Source of the DNA: a virus
Strand: one strand, 5' to 3'
DNA: 64,000 bases
Virus record (IMG/VR): IMGVR_UViG_3300027736_000034
Coordinates: 1 to 64,000 of that record
A program made the position numbers and the translations under genes. The notes beneath the pieces are model-generated. The model ran no database searches, was not told the DNA's origin, and worked only from the letters and a program-made list of their open reading frames with translations. Shown piece by piece: positions 21,734 through 30,084 of this stretch (the first letter of the stretch is position 1; each line of letters begins with the position of its first letter).

Positions 21734-21856
21734 AATTTCTCGTCAGTCTGAGGGGCTAAACCGCCTCAGTTGCATAAGCAAGGTACATGGATGTTTGTAC
21801 ATATTACAGGTGAAAGTCCTGTCGGGAGAAGATATATGCCATGAGGCACCAGTTTT

Positions 21857-21915
21857 AGGATAGCAACAGCAAATCAAAAAAACTTTCAACGTTTATGAAA
21901 AAAAATGCTATCCTG
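21857..21915 (+). ncRNA. CAGCAA-stem small RNA copy 1 (putative Y-like RNA)
   Basis: AGGATAGCA-ACAGCAA...TGCTATCCT-G closing stem; internal hairpin TTTCA/TGAAA. Confidence 0.65.
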
Positions 21916-21924
21916 TTTTATTAT

Positions 21925-21999
21925 GTCGCATTAGACTTCTGGTGAGGTCATCACCCTTTCAAGGTGACTAGACGGGATCGAAACCCGTATGCGACTCCA
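21925..21999 (+). tRNA. trnE: tRNA-Glu(TTC)
   Basis: Loop CT-TTC-AA; T-loop ATCGAAA; CCA. Confidence 0.88.
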
Positions 22000-22005
22000 A
22001 TTAAT

Positions 22006-22082
22006 GCGACCGTAACTCAGTTGGATAGAGTACTAGGCTACGAACTTAGGAGTCGGGAGTTCGAATCTCTCCGGTCGCACCA
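22006..22082 (+). tRNA. trnR: tRNA-Arg(ACG)
   Basis: Canonical cloverleaf, CT-ACG-AA. Confidence 0.95.
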
Positions 22083-22086
22083 ATTT

Positions 22087-22160
22087 GCTCTTTTAGTATA
22101 AAGGTATTATAATACATTGGTAATGTATAGACACTGGATCGTTACCAGTAGGGAGCACCA
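22087..22160 (+). tRNA. trnT: tRNA-Thr(GGT)
   Basis: TT-GGT-AA; T-loop ATCGTTA; CCA. Confidence 0.85.
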
Positions 22161-22260
22161 TATATAAACATATTATGACGAAGTTAGGCAGCGTGGTCTA
22201 GAACACAAAGCTGATGCGTCTTAACAAGAATCAGACTCTTGGTAGTGTGTTTCTATATGG
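22158..22260 (+). ncRNA. Long-stem RNA cassette A
   Basis: CCATATA-T-AAACATATTAT pairs with GTAGTGTGTTT-C-TATATGG. Confidence 0.5.
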
Positions 22261-22334
22261 TAATATAGCATAGTGGCTAATGCAGTTGCTTCATACGCAA
22301 CCTATCGTTGGTTCGAGTCCAACTATTACCACCA
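22259..22334 (+). tRNA. trnM: tRNA with CAT anticodon (elongator Met or Ile2)
   Basis: TT-CAT-AC loop; G1-C72; CCA. Confidence 0.85.
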
Positions 22335-22335
22335 A

Positions 22336-22497
22336 TCAAAGATTATTGATAAAGCGTAATGCTTTGTTGATATTAGTAAAATATTGTATTTGATACTCAC
22401 AAAAGTATCTGTCATACACAATCATACAACAAACACCATCAATCAATGATAGGTGAAAGTTTAAACCTCCTGGAGTAATATTCTTGTAGGTTTTCAT
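22336..22497 (-). CDS. Small hypothetical protein (53 aa) on the opposite strand within the tRNA array
   Basis: MKTYKNITPGGLNFHL...; fills the gap between tRNAs; TAAATA just upstream. Confidence 0.55.
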   Translation of the reverse strand: MKTYKNITPGGLNFHLSLIDGVCCMIVYDRYFCEYQIQYFTNINKALRFINNL

Positions 22498-22510
22498 AAT
22501 AGTATTTATT

Positions 22511-22585
22511 GCCCAGTAGACCGAATGGTGAGGTACCGTCTTGATAAGGCGGTTGTAGTTGGATCGTAACCAACACTGGGTACCA
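22511..22585 (+). tRNA. trnI: tRNA-Ile(GAT)
   Basis: TT-GAT-AA; T-loop ATCGTAA; CCA. Confidence 0.85.
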
Positions 22586-22593
22586 GTATTTAT

Positions 22594-22670
22594 GGGCCAT
22601 TAGTTCAGTTGGAAGAACGCCTGCCTTGCAAGTAGGATGTCGTGGGTTCGAATCCCACATGTGTCCACCA
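22594..22670 (+). tRNA. trnA: tRNA-Ala(TGC)
   Basis: CT-TGC-AA; 1-nt bulge in acceptor stem. Confidence 0.88.
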
Positions 22671-22677
22671 ATTTTAT

Positions 22678-22756
22678 CTGTGTGTGAGAAAGTCTGGTTT
22701 AATCTACTCGCCTTGGAAGTGAGAAATCGCAGGTTCAAATCCTGCCACACAGACCA
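22678..22756 (+). tRNA. trnP: tRNA-Pro(TGG)
   Basis: CT-TGG-AA; C1-G72; CCA. Confidence 0.9.
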
Positions 22757-22792
22757 ATTATTTAATTGTTTTATTTTGTATATAAATACCGT

Positions 22793-23323
22793 ATGACATA
22801 TACTGATACTTTTCAAATTCCTTACTTTATTGTTCCGTTGACAGAACACAGGGAGATTAAAGAAACTTTGTTAAAAATAATTAATGAAGATGAAATACAG
22901 GGGAAAATTGATACGGGCCAAAATATTTACAAAACAGATTATTTTGCACAAGAAAAAACCAGATTGTATTATAAAATAATAATGCCATTGATAGATAAAT
23001 CTCTAAGAAAATTTTCTGATATAATTGAATATGACAAACTAGACTCTAATCCTTCAGTTATCTGGTATCAACAATATAATAAATTGCATTATCATAGTTG
23101 GCACCATCATGGAAATTCTAGGTGGTCTATAGTGTATTATGTAGAACTTGCCGATGATTCTCCGGGAACACAATTTAAAGATTGTATTACATCAAAATAT
23201 ATCTCCCCAAATGTCAAAGAAGGTGATTTATTAATATTTCCTAGTTGGATGTTACATCGTTCTCCGCCGAATCTTTCTCAAAAAAGAAAAACAATAATTT
23301 CTTGTAATTTTTCTATAAAGTAA
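22793..23323 (+). CDS. Putative 2OG-Fe(II) oxygenase
   Basis: WHHH, IFPSWMLH, RKTIISCNF. Confidence 0.75.
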   Translation: MTYTDTFQIPYFIVPLTEHREIKETLLKIINEDEIQGKIDTGQNIYKTDYFAQEKTRLYYKIIMPLIDKSLRKFSDIIEYDKLDSNPSVIWYQQYNKLHYHSWHHHGNSRWSIVYYVELADDSPGTQFKDCITSKYISPNVKEGDLLIFPSWMLHRSPPNLSQKRKTIISCNFSIK

Positions 23324-23326
23324 TAT

Positions 23327-23403
23327 GGTAACCATAGTGTAAAGGTTTAGCACCTCACTCTGTGAAAGTGATAGAATGGGATCGTTCCCCATTGGTTACC
23401 CCA
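23327..23403 (+). tRNA. trnH: tRNA-His(GTG)
   Basis: G-1:C73; CT-GTG-AA; T-loop ATCGTTC. Confidence 0.88.
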
Positions 23404-23407
23404 AAAT

Positions 23408-23636
23408 TTCAACATCCGACCTAACGCTGGCAACAGAGGAAGTTCGGGACTTGTGGCAAGTGCGAGTAGGAGAAATTTACTTTGGTATTATGTAAAAATT
23501 TACTTTGGTATTTCGTTAAACTACCTAGATATAACAAGCAACACAAACAGAGTCAGGCAACACTTGCGCTATTGATTCGGGTTGTGGCAAAGATTAATGT
23601 TAGGATAAAACAAAATCCCGGCTATGGGATGTTGAA
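23408..23636 (+). ncRNA. rnpB: Minimal RNase P RNA
   Basis: P1 [21 protein letters not shown]2 CCTAACG/TGTTAGG, P3 CTG-GCAA-CAG, CR-I GAGGAAGTTCGGGAC, CR-V AACAAAATCCCGGCTAT forming P4 with bulged U. Confidence 0.85.
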
Positions 23637-23645
23637 TACATATAT

Positions 23646-23722
23646 GCCCTGGTAGCGCAATTGGTAGAGGCAATGGTCTAAGAAGCCATCAAGTGCGAGT
23701 TCGAATCTCGCCTAGGGCACCA
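23646..23722 (+). tRNA. trnL: tRNA-Leu(AAG), short variable region
   Basis: ATGGT-CT-AAG-AA-GCCAT; Leu-type D arm; A73. Confidence 0.85.
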
Positions 23723-23791
23723 AACTAGGATAGTGTGAAAGAAAACTATCGACAGCCCGTCTAGGGCCAATTGGGTGAAAAGCCCATTCCT

Positions 23792-23870
23792 GCCCCGCTG
23801 GACAAATCTGGCAAAGTCGCTTCTCTCAAAAGGAAGAGTGTTCTCGGTTCGACTCCGAGGCGGGGTACCA
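23792..23870 (+). tRNA. trnL: tRNA-Leu(CAA), short variable region
   Basis: CT-CAA-AA; CCA. Confidence 0.85.
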
Positions 23871-24072
23871 AGTTACGGTTGGCATTGTAGAGCCTTGCTC
23901 TATGGGTTGACCACCAAATTTCAAGCTAGACGGTAAGATTGAGTCCCAAATAATCTAACACAGTTTTGGTTGGCTGTGTGACACCGCACACGATTATAAG
24001 GTAGTATAAACTCTCTTACACGAGACAACCCAATGAGTCTGAAAGGATAGTTGGTTGCTTGAAAACCTATTT

Positions 24073-24148
24073 GCAACTTTAGCTGATGTGGTCATAGCGG
24101 CGGTCTGAAGAACCGTTGAAAGAGGTTCGATTCCTCTAGGTTGCACCA
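24073..24148 (+). tRNA. trnF: tRNA-Phe(GAA)
   Basis: CT-GAA-GA; CCA. Confidence 0.9.
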
Positions 24149-24256
24149 AATATACATACTTACTACACAATAAGTGTAGATTTACTGAGCAATAAGACAA
24201 CGGTCTTATGCCTTCCTAAACAGGCTAAATATTAGTTTGTGAAAGGAACAAAAAAT

Positions 24257-24496
24257 ATGGAAGCAATGAACAAAGGATTCGCTGTCGCAGGCGGTTTTCT
24301 AAGTAGCGTTTTAGACTTAGGTGTAAAACTTTTAGCGGTGGGCGTAATCCTACAAATCATCTTCGGAGCAGCAGTACCATTCATCGGATTGGATATTCTT
24401 GCTAATGTAATCAAATTCATTACAGCACTTGGTAGCCAAGGCTTAGTTGGATTGGTTGCAATTGGAGTTTTAGCCTGGGCATTTGACAGGAAGTAA
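24257..24496 (+). CDS. Small membrane protein
   Basis: Hydrophobic 79 aa ORF, RBS AAGGA. Confidence 0.7.
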   Translation: MEAMNKGFAVAGGFLSSVLDLGVKLLAVGVILQIIFGAAVPFIGLDILANVIKFITALGSQGLVGLVAIGVLAWAFDRK

Positions 24497-24521
24497 AACT
24501 TTACCAAATACACACTCTCAC

Positions 24522-24548
24522 AAAAACCCGCTAGTCGGGTTTTGTTTT
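24522..24548 (+). terminator. Rho-independent terminator
   Basis: AAAAACCCG-CTAGT-CGGGTTTT-GTTTT. Confidence 0.75.
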
Positions 24549-24586
24549 GGTTGACAATAATTCAATAGTGTGTTATAGTTACACAT

Positions 24587-24661
24587 GAGCCTTTAGTGCA
24601 ATGGATAGCATACAAGTTTCCGATACTTGAGATGCAAGTTCGATTCTTGCAGGGCTCGCCA
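24587..24661 (+). tRNA. trnR: tRNA-Arg(CCG)
   Basis: TT-CCG-AT; promoter TTGACA-17-TATAGT at 24551. Confidence 0.88.
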
Positions 24662-24708
24662 AGCAAAGAGTAAATAGTTATAGTGACAATAGCAGAAAAG
24701 GAGACAAC

Positions 24709-25269
24709 ATGGCTGTTCTAGCACTAGATATTTCAGGAGTTCCAAGACAATGGATCTCGCACGATGACGCAATTACATACCACGCTAAAGATGCGGTAGC
24801 ATGGAGCATGGGTGAAATTGTAGCAAAGTATCGTGGGGGTATGCAAAACTCCGGCGATCAAAGTTATATTGAAACTTCTAGTATTATCGCTGTGAAAGGT
24901 CACGGATTCAACCCTTACAAACATGCTAATGTAGCATTGACTAACAGAACATTGTTTGGTCGGGACCGGCAAGTGTGTGCGTATTGTGGTAAACACCACG
25001 CTAACTACCATCACTTAAGCAGGGACCATATTGTCCCTAAATTTTTAGGTGGACAAAACACTTGGATGAACGTTGTTACTGCATGTAAAGATTGTAATAG
25101 TAAGAAGGGTCATAAGACATTGAAAGAAGCCCGCATGGAACTTCTGTACACACCTTATGTCCCAAACCATTACGAAAATATGATTTTACAACATCGTAAC
25201 ATTCTTGCTGACCAAATGGATTACTTGTTAGCAGGTGTTCCAAAGCACAGTAGAATTCTACTAAACTAG
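24709..25269 (+). CDS. HNH endonuclease
   Basis: CAYCG, DHIVP...GG...W.NVVTAC..CN..K. Confidence 0.9.
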   Translation: MAVLALDISGVPRQWISHDDAITYHAKDAVAWSMGEIVAKYRGGMQNSGDQSYIETSSIIAVKGHGFNPYKHANVALTNRTLFGRDRQVCAYCGKHHANYHHLSRDHIVPKFLGGQNTWMNVVTACKDCNSKKGHKTLKEARMELLYTPYVPNHYENMILQHRNILADQMDYLLAGVPKHSRILLN

Positions 25270-25347
25270 GTTGACAACAAATTCAACCTAGTGTATAATT
25301 CATATTAAATAAAGATAGTAGTGAGTAACATCACTACTATTGAAATT

Positions 25348-25421
25348 GCCCTTGTAGTATATTGGTATTACAATTGCCTTGTAAGCATTAGAAGAAGGTT
25401 CGATTCCTTACTGGGGCACCA
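25348..25421 (+). tRNA. trnT: tRNA-Thr(TGT)
   Basis: CT-TGT-AA; CCA. Confidence 0.85.
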
Positions 25422-25440
25422 GTTTTATTTTAGTTTTTAT

Positions 25441-25516
25441 TCCCCAGTAGCACAGCGGTAGTTGCAGTTGACTGTTAATCAACGTGTCGGAAGTTCGATC
25501 CTTTCCTGGGGAGCCA
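25441..25516 (+). tRNA. trnN: tRNA-Asn(GTT)
   Basis: Canonical, CT-GTT-AA. Confidence 0.93.
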
Positions 25517-25534
25517 ATTTTTAAGTGTTAATAT

Positions 25535-26158
25535 ATGGTTAATTTAATTGAGAATAACATAGAAATGAATTATAGAATATATAATTCAGAATTCATTGCT
25601 AAAAATATTAATATGATTAGGTATGAAGGTAATCTACATCATGCTAATTATAGAGAATTGTTTAAAGACAGCAAAAAAGGATCCACGTGGGATTATGGCA
25701 TGTATAATATTTTTTCTTTAGCTAGTGGTAGTGGTAGTGTTTTATTTTATCAAATTTATAAAGAGTTATTATTTGTAATTAAAGATTATTTAAAAGATCA
25801 ACACTCATCCGAAGATGATTATTCTTCTAATCTTTGGTTTCAATCCTGGTTAAATTATCATAAGCAAAATGAAGTACTAGATTGGCATGATCATAAGTTT
25901 CCCTTTCATGGATACATTAGTATAGACCCAAAAGACTCTACAACTGAATTTAAAAATTATTCTATTAAAAATAAAATAGGAAATATATATATCGGCCAAG
26001 GACATAGACAACATCGTGTCGTAGTTGATACTCCATACAACGGAACTCGCATAACATTGGGTTATGATATTGCAACTGTAAAAGCAATAGAAATGAGTAA
26101 AACATTCGATGTAAATAAGTTTAATTTGGGGTTTATTCCAATAATAATTGAAAGGTAA
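25535..26158 (+). CDS. Putative 2OG-Fe(II) oxygenase
   Basis: WHDH...HRV...RITLGYD. Confidence 0.65.
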   Translation: MVNLIENNIEMNYRIYNSEFIAKNINMIRYEGNLHHANYRELFKDSKKGSTWDYGMYNIFSLASGSGSVLFYQIYKELLFVIKDYLKDQHSSEDDYSSNLWFQSWLNYHKQNEVLDWHDHKFPFHGYISIDPKDSTTEFKNYSIKNKIGNIYIGQGHRQHRVVVDTPYNGTRITLGYDIATVKAIEMSKTFDVNKFNLGFIPIIIER

Positions 26159-26160
26159 AT

Positions 26161-26355
26161 ATGTTAATTAATGATACTAGTGGATATAAATTGTATTGTG
26201 AAACTCGCAAATTAGATATACCTACGGGACATTATCATGTTCGTGTGTACACTACCTACGACTGGGCCAAAGATCCTGCGGCCGAACAGAACAAAATGGA
26301 ATTGATTCTATCCCAAGCTGAATTAGAAAAATTCAGACAATCCCTAATCGCCTAA
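26161..26355 (+). CDS. Hypothetical protein
   Basis: 64 aa ORF with RBS AGGT. Confidence 0.6.
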   Translation: MLINDTSGYKLYCETRKLDIPTGHYHVRVYTTYDWAKDPAAEQNKMELILSQAELEKFRQSLIA

Positions 26356-26406
26356 ACTTGACAATAAATCACTAGTGTGATATACTGTCGGCAAGTTAAG
26401 AATTAT

Positions 26407-26481
26407 CTGTCGTTCGTATAATGGATAATACAGGGGATTTCTACTCCCTAAATAGCAGTTCGATTCTGTTACGACGGACCA
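26407..26481 (+). tRNA. trnR: tRNA-Arg(TCT)
   Basis: GGGGA-TT-TCT-AC-TCCCT; A20 in D loop. Confidence 0.88.
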
Positions 26482-26519
26482 AATACCAAAGTTGTTGTAA
26501 AAAATACAACAAAAATAGT

Positions 26520-26768
26520 TTGACATTAAATGGTCTTGGTGCTATAATCATAGCATGAGTTGAGAAAAGTGATCGTACTACTCAACTAGGTTCTTTAAAA
26601 AAATATTGTCAGATTGTTTAAAAATAGTTTGACAATAAATGGATGTTGTGTTATACTACATTCATTAGTTAAGAGGTTGTTTCAAAAAGCGAGACACGCT
26701 AGCAATAGCAAAAAGTCAAGCAGGAAACATTAAATGAGCAGGTCTCAGCCAAATGTTCTTTAAAATTT
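26520..26768 (+). promoter_or_regulatory. Tandem sigma70 promoters, each followed by a boxA-like element
   Basis: TTGACA-17-TATAAT (26520), TTGACA-17-TATACT (26629); GTTCTTTAAAA at 26590 and 26755. Confidence 0.65.
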
Positions 26769-26802
26769 AAGAATCATATATCCCTGTTTAAGTTACAGGG
26801 CT

Positions 26803-27063
26803 CTATATGTAAATGTATTAACAGGGTTACCCACTCCGTTAGGCTGAACGTGATTGTCTTTGGATTAATTTTCGGGTCACTAGTAGGCATGAAGCAGGGA
26901 TCTAGAGGATAGGTTGAGGCGACACCAAAGCCAACAGTACTGAAGGGATAGGCATCTCCCGGTTAGCGACGGATTAAACAGTGGGCTGTAATAAGAGTAA
27001 GTCAATTGTAAGCAAGTGGTGTTGCTAATTGCGTTTCTCCCCAGTTAATATATTTTCATATAG
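26803..27063 (+). ncRNA. Unassigned ~260-nt structured RNA enclosed by a long stem (cassette B)
   Basis: CTATATG-T-AAATGTATTAAC pairs with GTTAATATATTT-T-CATATAG; GC-richer non-coding interior. Confidence 0.55.
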
Positions 27064-27162
27064 TGAATTTGTGCAGGTTGGACAATCTTCCGGAGATTGT
27101 TATTTGGGTCTGTAGATAGAAATTTCGATAACTATCGTGACTAAGATACGCACAATTTTTAT

Positions 27163-27238
27163 GCTCGGTTCGTCTAGGGGCCTAGGACACCGCCCTTTCA
27201 CGGCGGGTACACGAGTTCGAATCTCGTACCGAGTACCA
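27163..27238 (+). tRNA. trnE: tRNA-Glu(TTC)
   Basis: Canonical, CT-TTC-AC. Confidence 0.95.
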
Positions 27239-27390
27239 AGTTTTTGTAGTCAGGTGAGAAGCGTGGGCAACTGTCGGAGATCAACTGACAGCTACATTTT
27301 TAATTTCGCATAGTTTAATACTAGAACAAAACGACACTGAGGTACCTTAGTGTAGATATCGGAGTACTGTTCCGATTGCGTCAAGAGTTT

Positions 27391-27474
27391 GGAGACATGG
27401 CAGAGTGGTCGATTGCGAAAGACTGTAAATCTTTTCTTAACAGCGCGGTGGTTCGAATCCATCTGTCTCCACCA
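27391..27474 (+). tRNA. trnY: tRNA-Tyr(GTA)
   Basis: CT-GTA-AA; long variable arm. Confidence 0.93.
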
Positions 27475-27481
27475 TATAATT

Positions 27482-27559
27482 GCTTCGTTAGCATAGCTGG
27501 CCTAATGCGCTACCCTGTCACGGTAGAGATCAGGGGTTCAAATCCCCTACGAGGCGCCA
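27482..27559 (+). tRNA. trnD: tRNA-Asp(GTC)
   Basis: CT-GTC-AC; G73. Confidence 0.95.
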
Positions 27560-27563
27560 AGTT

Positions 27564-27740
27564 TTGTAAGTGTAGATGTAGCGAAAGTAAGGCGTCGAAA
27601 ACCTTATGAGGCAACGGTTCGAGTCCGGCAACATGGCAACTGCTAAGTAACTACTAGTACTACGTACCTCTATCCTGTCCGCGGCTTAGAAGAAAATACA
27701 GGTAGAATGGTAGCAATGAGTGAGGTGCTACTACTTACAA
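27564..27740 (+). ncRNA. Unassigned structured RNA with a T-arm-like hairpin
   Basis: TTGTAAGT/ACTTACAA closing stem; CGG-TTCGAGT-CCG. Confidence 0.45.
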
Positions 27741-27775
27741 ATTTAATAAACCCTACTCACTAGAGTAAATAAAGT

Positions 27776-28405
27776 ATGTTGCATAATATTTTTGGTCATG
27801 AAGTCTATATCAAAGAATTTGATAATTTGAATAAATTTGAACCTTATAAAAAACTTTTTACTAGGCAATTAATTAATTTAGGGCATGTGTATGTAGATGA
27901 TTCCACACATCACCCGGATATTCAGAAAAAGGGAAATTCGGTAAGTTCAGTAGCCAATGTTACAGATTTTCAAGGTCTTGTTGGATATTCCTTATTGAAA
28001 AAGGTACTTGAACCTGCAATTATAGAAGCTAGGTCATCCATGTTTAAAAACATAGAAATAAAAAAAATTAGTTTAACCAGGACCTGGCATAATATTAATT
28101 ATAAAAATTCTTATGTAGTATCACATTCACATATTAGACCATCTGATCAGGTAGCAAACCCTAATAGAAGGATGCAAGTTTGTATATTGTATCTTGAAGC
28201 ACCTGAGGGTTCAGGGAAACTTGCTATTATTGATGATGATCGTGAAAATTTACGTTGTACTGATTTTGATCAAGACAAAGTACATTATATAACAGTTAAA
28301 CCTAACATGTTAATTTGCCATGGTAGTGATGTAAATCATGCAGTTTCGGAACATCTTTCTGATGAAAGAAGAATATGTGTTATATTTGAATATATAATAG
28401 AATAA
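27776..28405 (+). CDS. Putative 2OG-Fe(II) oxygenase
   Basis: SHSH...HAVSEH...RRICVIF. Confidence 0.7.
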   Translation: MLHNIFGHEVYIKEFDNLNKFEPYKKLFTRQLINLGHVYVDDSTHHPDIQKKGNSVSSVANVTDFQGLVGYSLLKKVLEPAIIEARSSMFKNIEIKKISLTRTWHNINYKNSYVVSHSHIRPSDQVANPNRRMQVCILYLEAPEGSGKLAIIDDDRENLRCTDFDQDKVHYITVKPNMLICHGSDVNHAVSEHLSDERRICVIFEYIIE

Positions 28406-28409
28406 ATTT

Positions 28410-28483
28410 GCGGGGTTCGTATAGTGGTAATACCTTAGCCTTCCAAGCTAAAGCTGACAGTTCGATTCTGTTACCCCGCTCCA
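28410..28483 (+). tRNA. trnG: tRNA-Gly(TCC)
   Basis: CT-TCC-AA; U73. Confidence 0.93.
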
Positions 28484-28749
28484 AGTTTGTTTAAAATGTT
28501 CATTGCTCGGGTTCTTAATCTGTTCATAAATTCAGATTCAGTTAACACCCCTTTAGCAAGATTACATTTTCTACAAGTCACTTGCAGGTTATCGTATGAT
28601 GTAGGTCCACCCTTTGATTCAGGTATAACATGATCCATGTGTATCTCAGCATCACGCAGGTCCTCGTCACAATACACGCAATAATAGCCATCACGTTCTA
28701 TTATTCTACGGCGTAGATTTAATGGAATACGGGCCTTGTTTTGTAACAT
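28471..28749 (-). CDS. HNH endonuclease
   Basis: CVYC, DHVIP.SKGG...NLQVTC..CN..K. Confidence 0.9.
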   Translation of the reverse strand: MLQNKARIPLNLRRRIIERDGYYCVYCDEDLRDAEIHMDHVIPESKGGPTSYDNLQVTCRKCNLAKGVLTESEFMNRLRTRAMNILNKLGAG

Positions 28750-28804
28750 ATTATTATTTAGCCTCAGGTTACCAAATATAGAAGTTTTTATTTAAGGTGC
28801 TGAT

Positions 28805-29296
28805 ATGTATGAATTTTTAAATGATAGTATTTTTTTAGAAAATAGAAAAAATAAAAAACATCATTTTTTTAAAAATGTTAATTTATGTCCGCCCACGTGG
28901 GATGATATAATAAAAGAACTAAACAACAGTGTTGTAGAGAAACGACACGTAAAGATATTATCTAATTCAGGATTTGTTTTCCACCAAGGAAAAAATGTTC
29001 CCGGGATTTCTGAATTATGTGAGAAAATATCGTGCTTAGATAAATCAGTATCCTGCACTGCACATTGTTATATTTCTTTCTTAGAAACAGCAGGCACGTT
29101 TGGTACACATAAAGATACAGCCGATGTTTTATTCTGGCAAATGATTGGAAAAACAAAATGGATCATTAATGATAATGTTACTGTAACGTATGAATTAGAA
29201 CCAAATGATTTTATATATGTACCAAGAAAAATGTATCATACAGTAATACCGCTAACACCTAGGGCAGGAATGTCATTTGGGTTAGATTATAACTGA
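28805..29296 (+). CDS. JmjC/cupin-type oxygenase
   Basis: HKD...WQMIGKTKW...YVPRKMYH. Confidence 0.75.
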   Translation: MYEFLNDSIFLENRKNKKHHFFKNVNLCPPTWDDIIKELNNSVVEKRHVKILSNSGFVFHQGKNVPGISELCEKISCLDKSVSCTAHCYISFLETAGTFGTHKDTADVLFWQMIGKTKWIINDNVTVTYELEPNDFIYVPRKMYHTVIPLTPRAGMSFGLDYN

Positions 29297-29353
29297 TTAT
29301 AGCCTAAATAATTGACATATATCTATCTATGATATATAATAGTGAAATGAAAT

Positions 29354-29441
29354 GCGACTGTGGCGGAATTAGGTAGACGCCTCAGACTTAAAATCTGATG
29401 TCCGTAAGGGCGTACCGGTTCGATCCCGGTCAGTCGTACCA
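29354..29441 (+). tRNA. trnL: tRNA-Leu(TAA)
   Basis: CT-TAA-AA; long variable arm. Confidence 0.95.
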
Positions 29442-29463
29442 AATAATAAAAATAAAACATTAA

Positions 29464-30084
29464 ATGTCAGATTTTGTAGTAGTTGATAATTTTTTTCATA
29501 AGTTTGAAGTCCATGGACTGAGTAAACTTATATTTAACAACGGAGAAATAAATTGGAAATACGGCTATAAAACCACATATAATAGCGACACTAATGCATC
29601 CTTAAAGGAAATAGAAAGACTATTTATAAAAAATGATAGTAATATAAATGTAGAAAATGACAGAATGCTTACTCACCCGTTAATACTACACAACACTGTA
29701 GTTAGTGATATGTATAATAAATTTGCTAATATTAAGCCACTCATTGAGAGTAAATTTGAAGTGAATATAAAATACATTCAAGAAATGAAAATAAATTTTT
29801 CATTGCCCGGAGAAATAAAGCCTGATCAATATTTAATGCCTCATTATGATAATCATAAATTGGGTTCAAAAACTATGATTTTATATATGAATGATTGTGA
29901 AGGAGATACTATTTTGTTTAATGAGTATTATGAAGGTTATCATAATACAGATAAAAAAACAATCTATAAAAGATACTCTCCAAAAATAAATAAAGCAATT
30001 ATGTTTGATGCTAGAAGGTATCATTCTAATTCATTTTCTACTAAAAATATTAGAGCAGTAATTGTTGCTAATATTATAATATAG
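29464..30084 (+). CDS. Putative 2OG-Fe(II) oxygenase
   Basis: PHYD, LYMND..GDT, FD...YH, R.VI. Confidence 0.75.
   Translation: MSDFVVVDNFFHKFEVHGLSKLIFNNGEINWKYGYKTTYNSDTNASLKEIERLFIKNDSNINVENDRMLTHPLILHNTVVSDMYNKFANIKPLIESKFEVNIKYIQEMKINFSLPGEIKPDQYLMPHYDNHKLGSKTMILYMNDCEGDTILFNEYYEGYHNTDKKTIYKRYSPKINKAIMFDARRYHSNSFSTKNIRAVIVANIII

Noticed and set aside
23726-23790. AGGATAG element as a sixth Y-like copy
   Set aside because: Lacks CAGCAA and the AYCCTG closing strand.
26407-26481. Possible amber suppressor (CTA) tRNA
   Set aside because: A 5-bp stem and 7-nt loop place TCT at positions 34-36, and A20 supports Arg.
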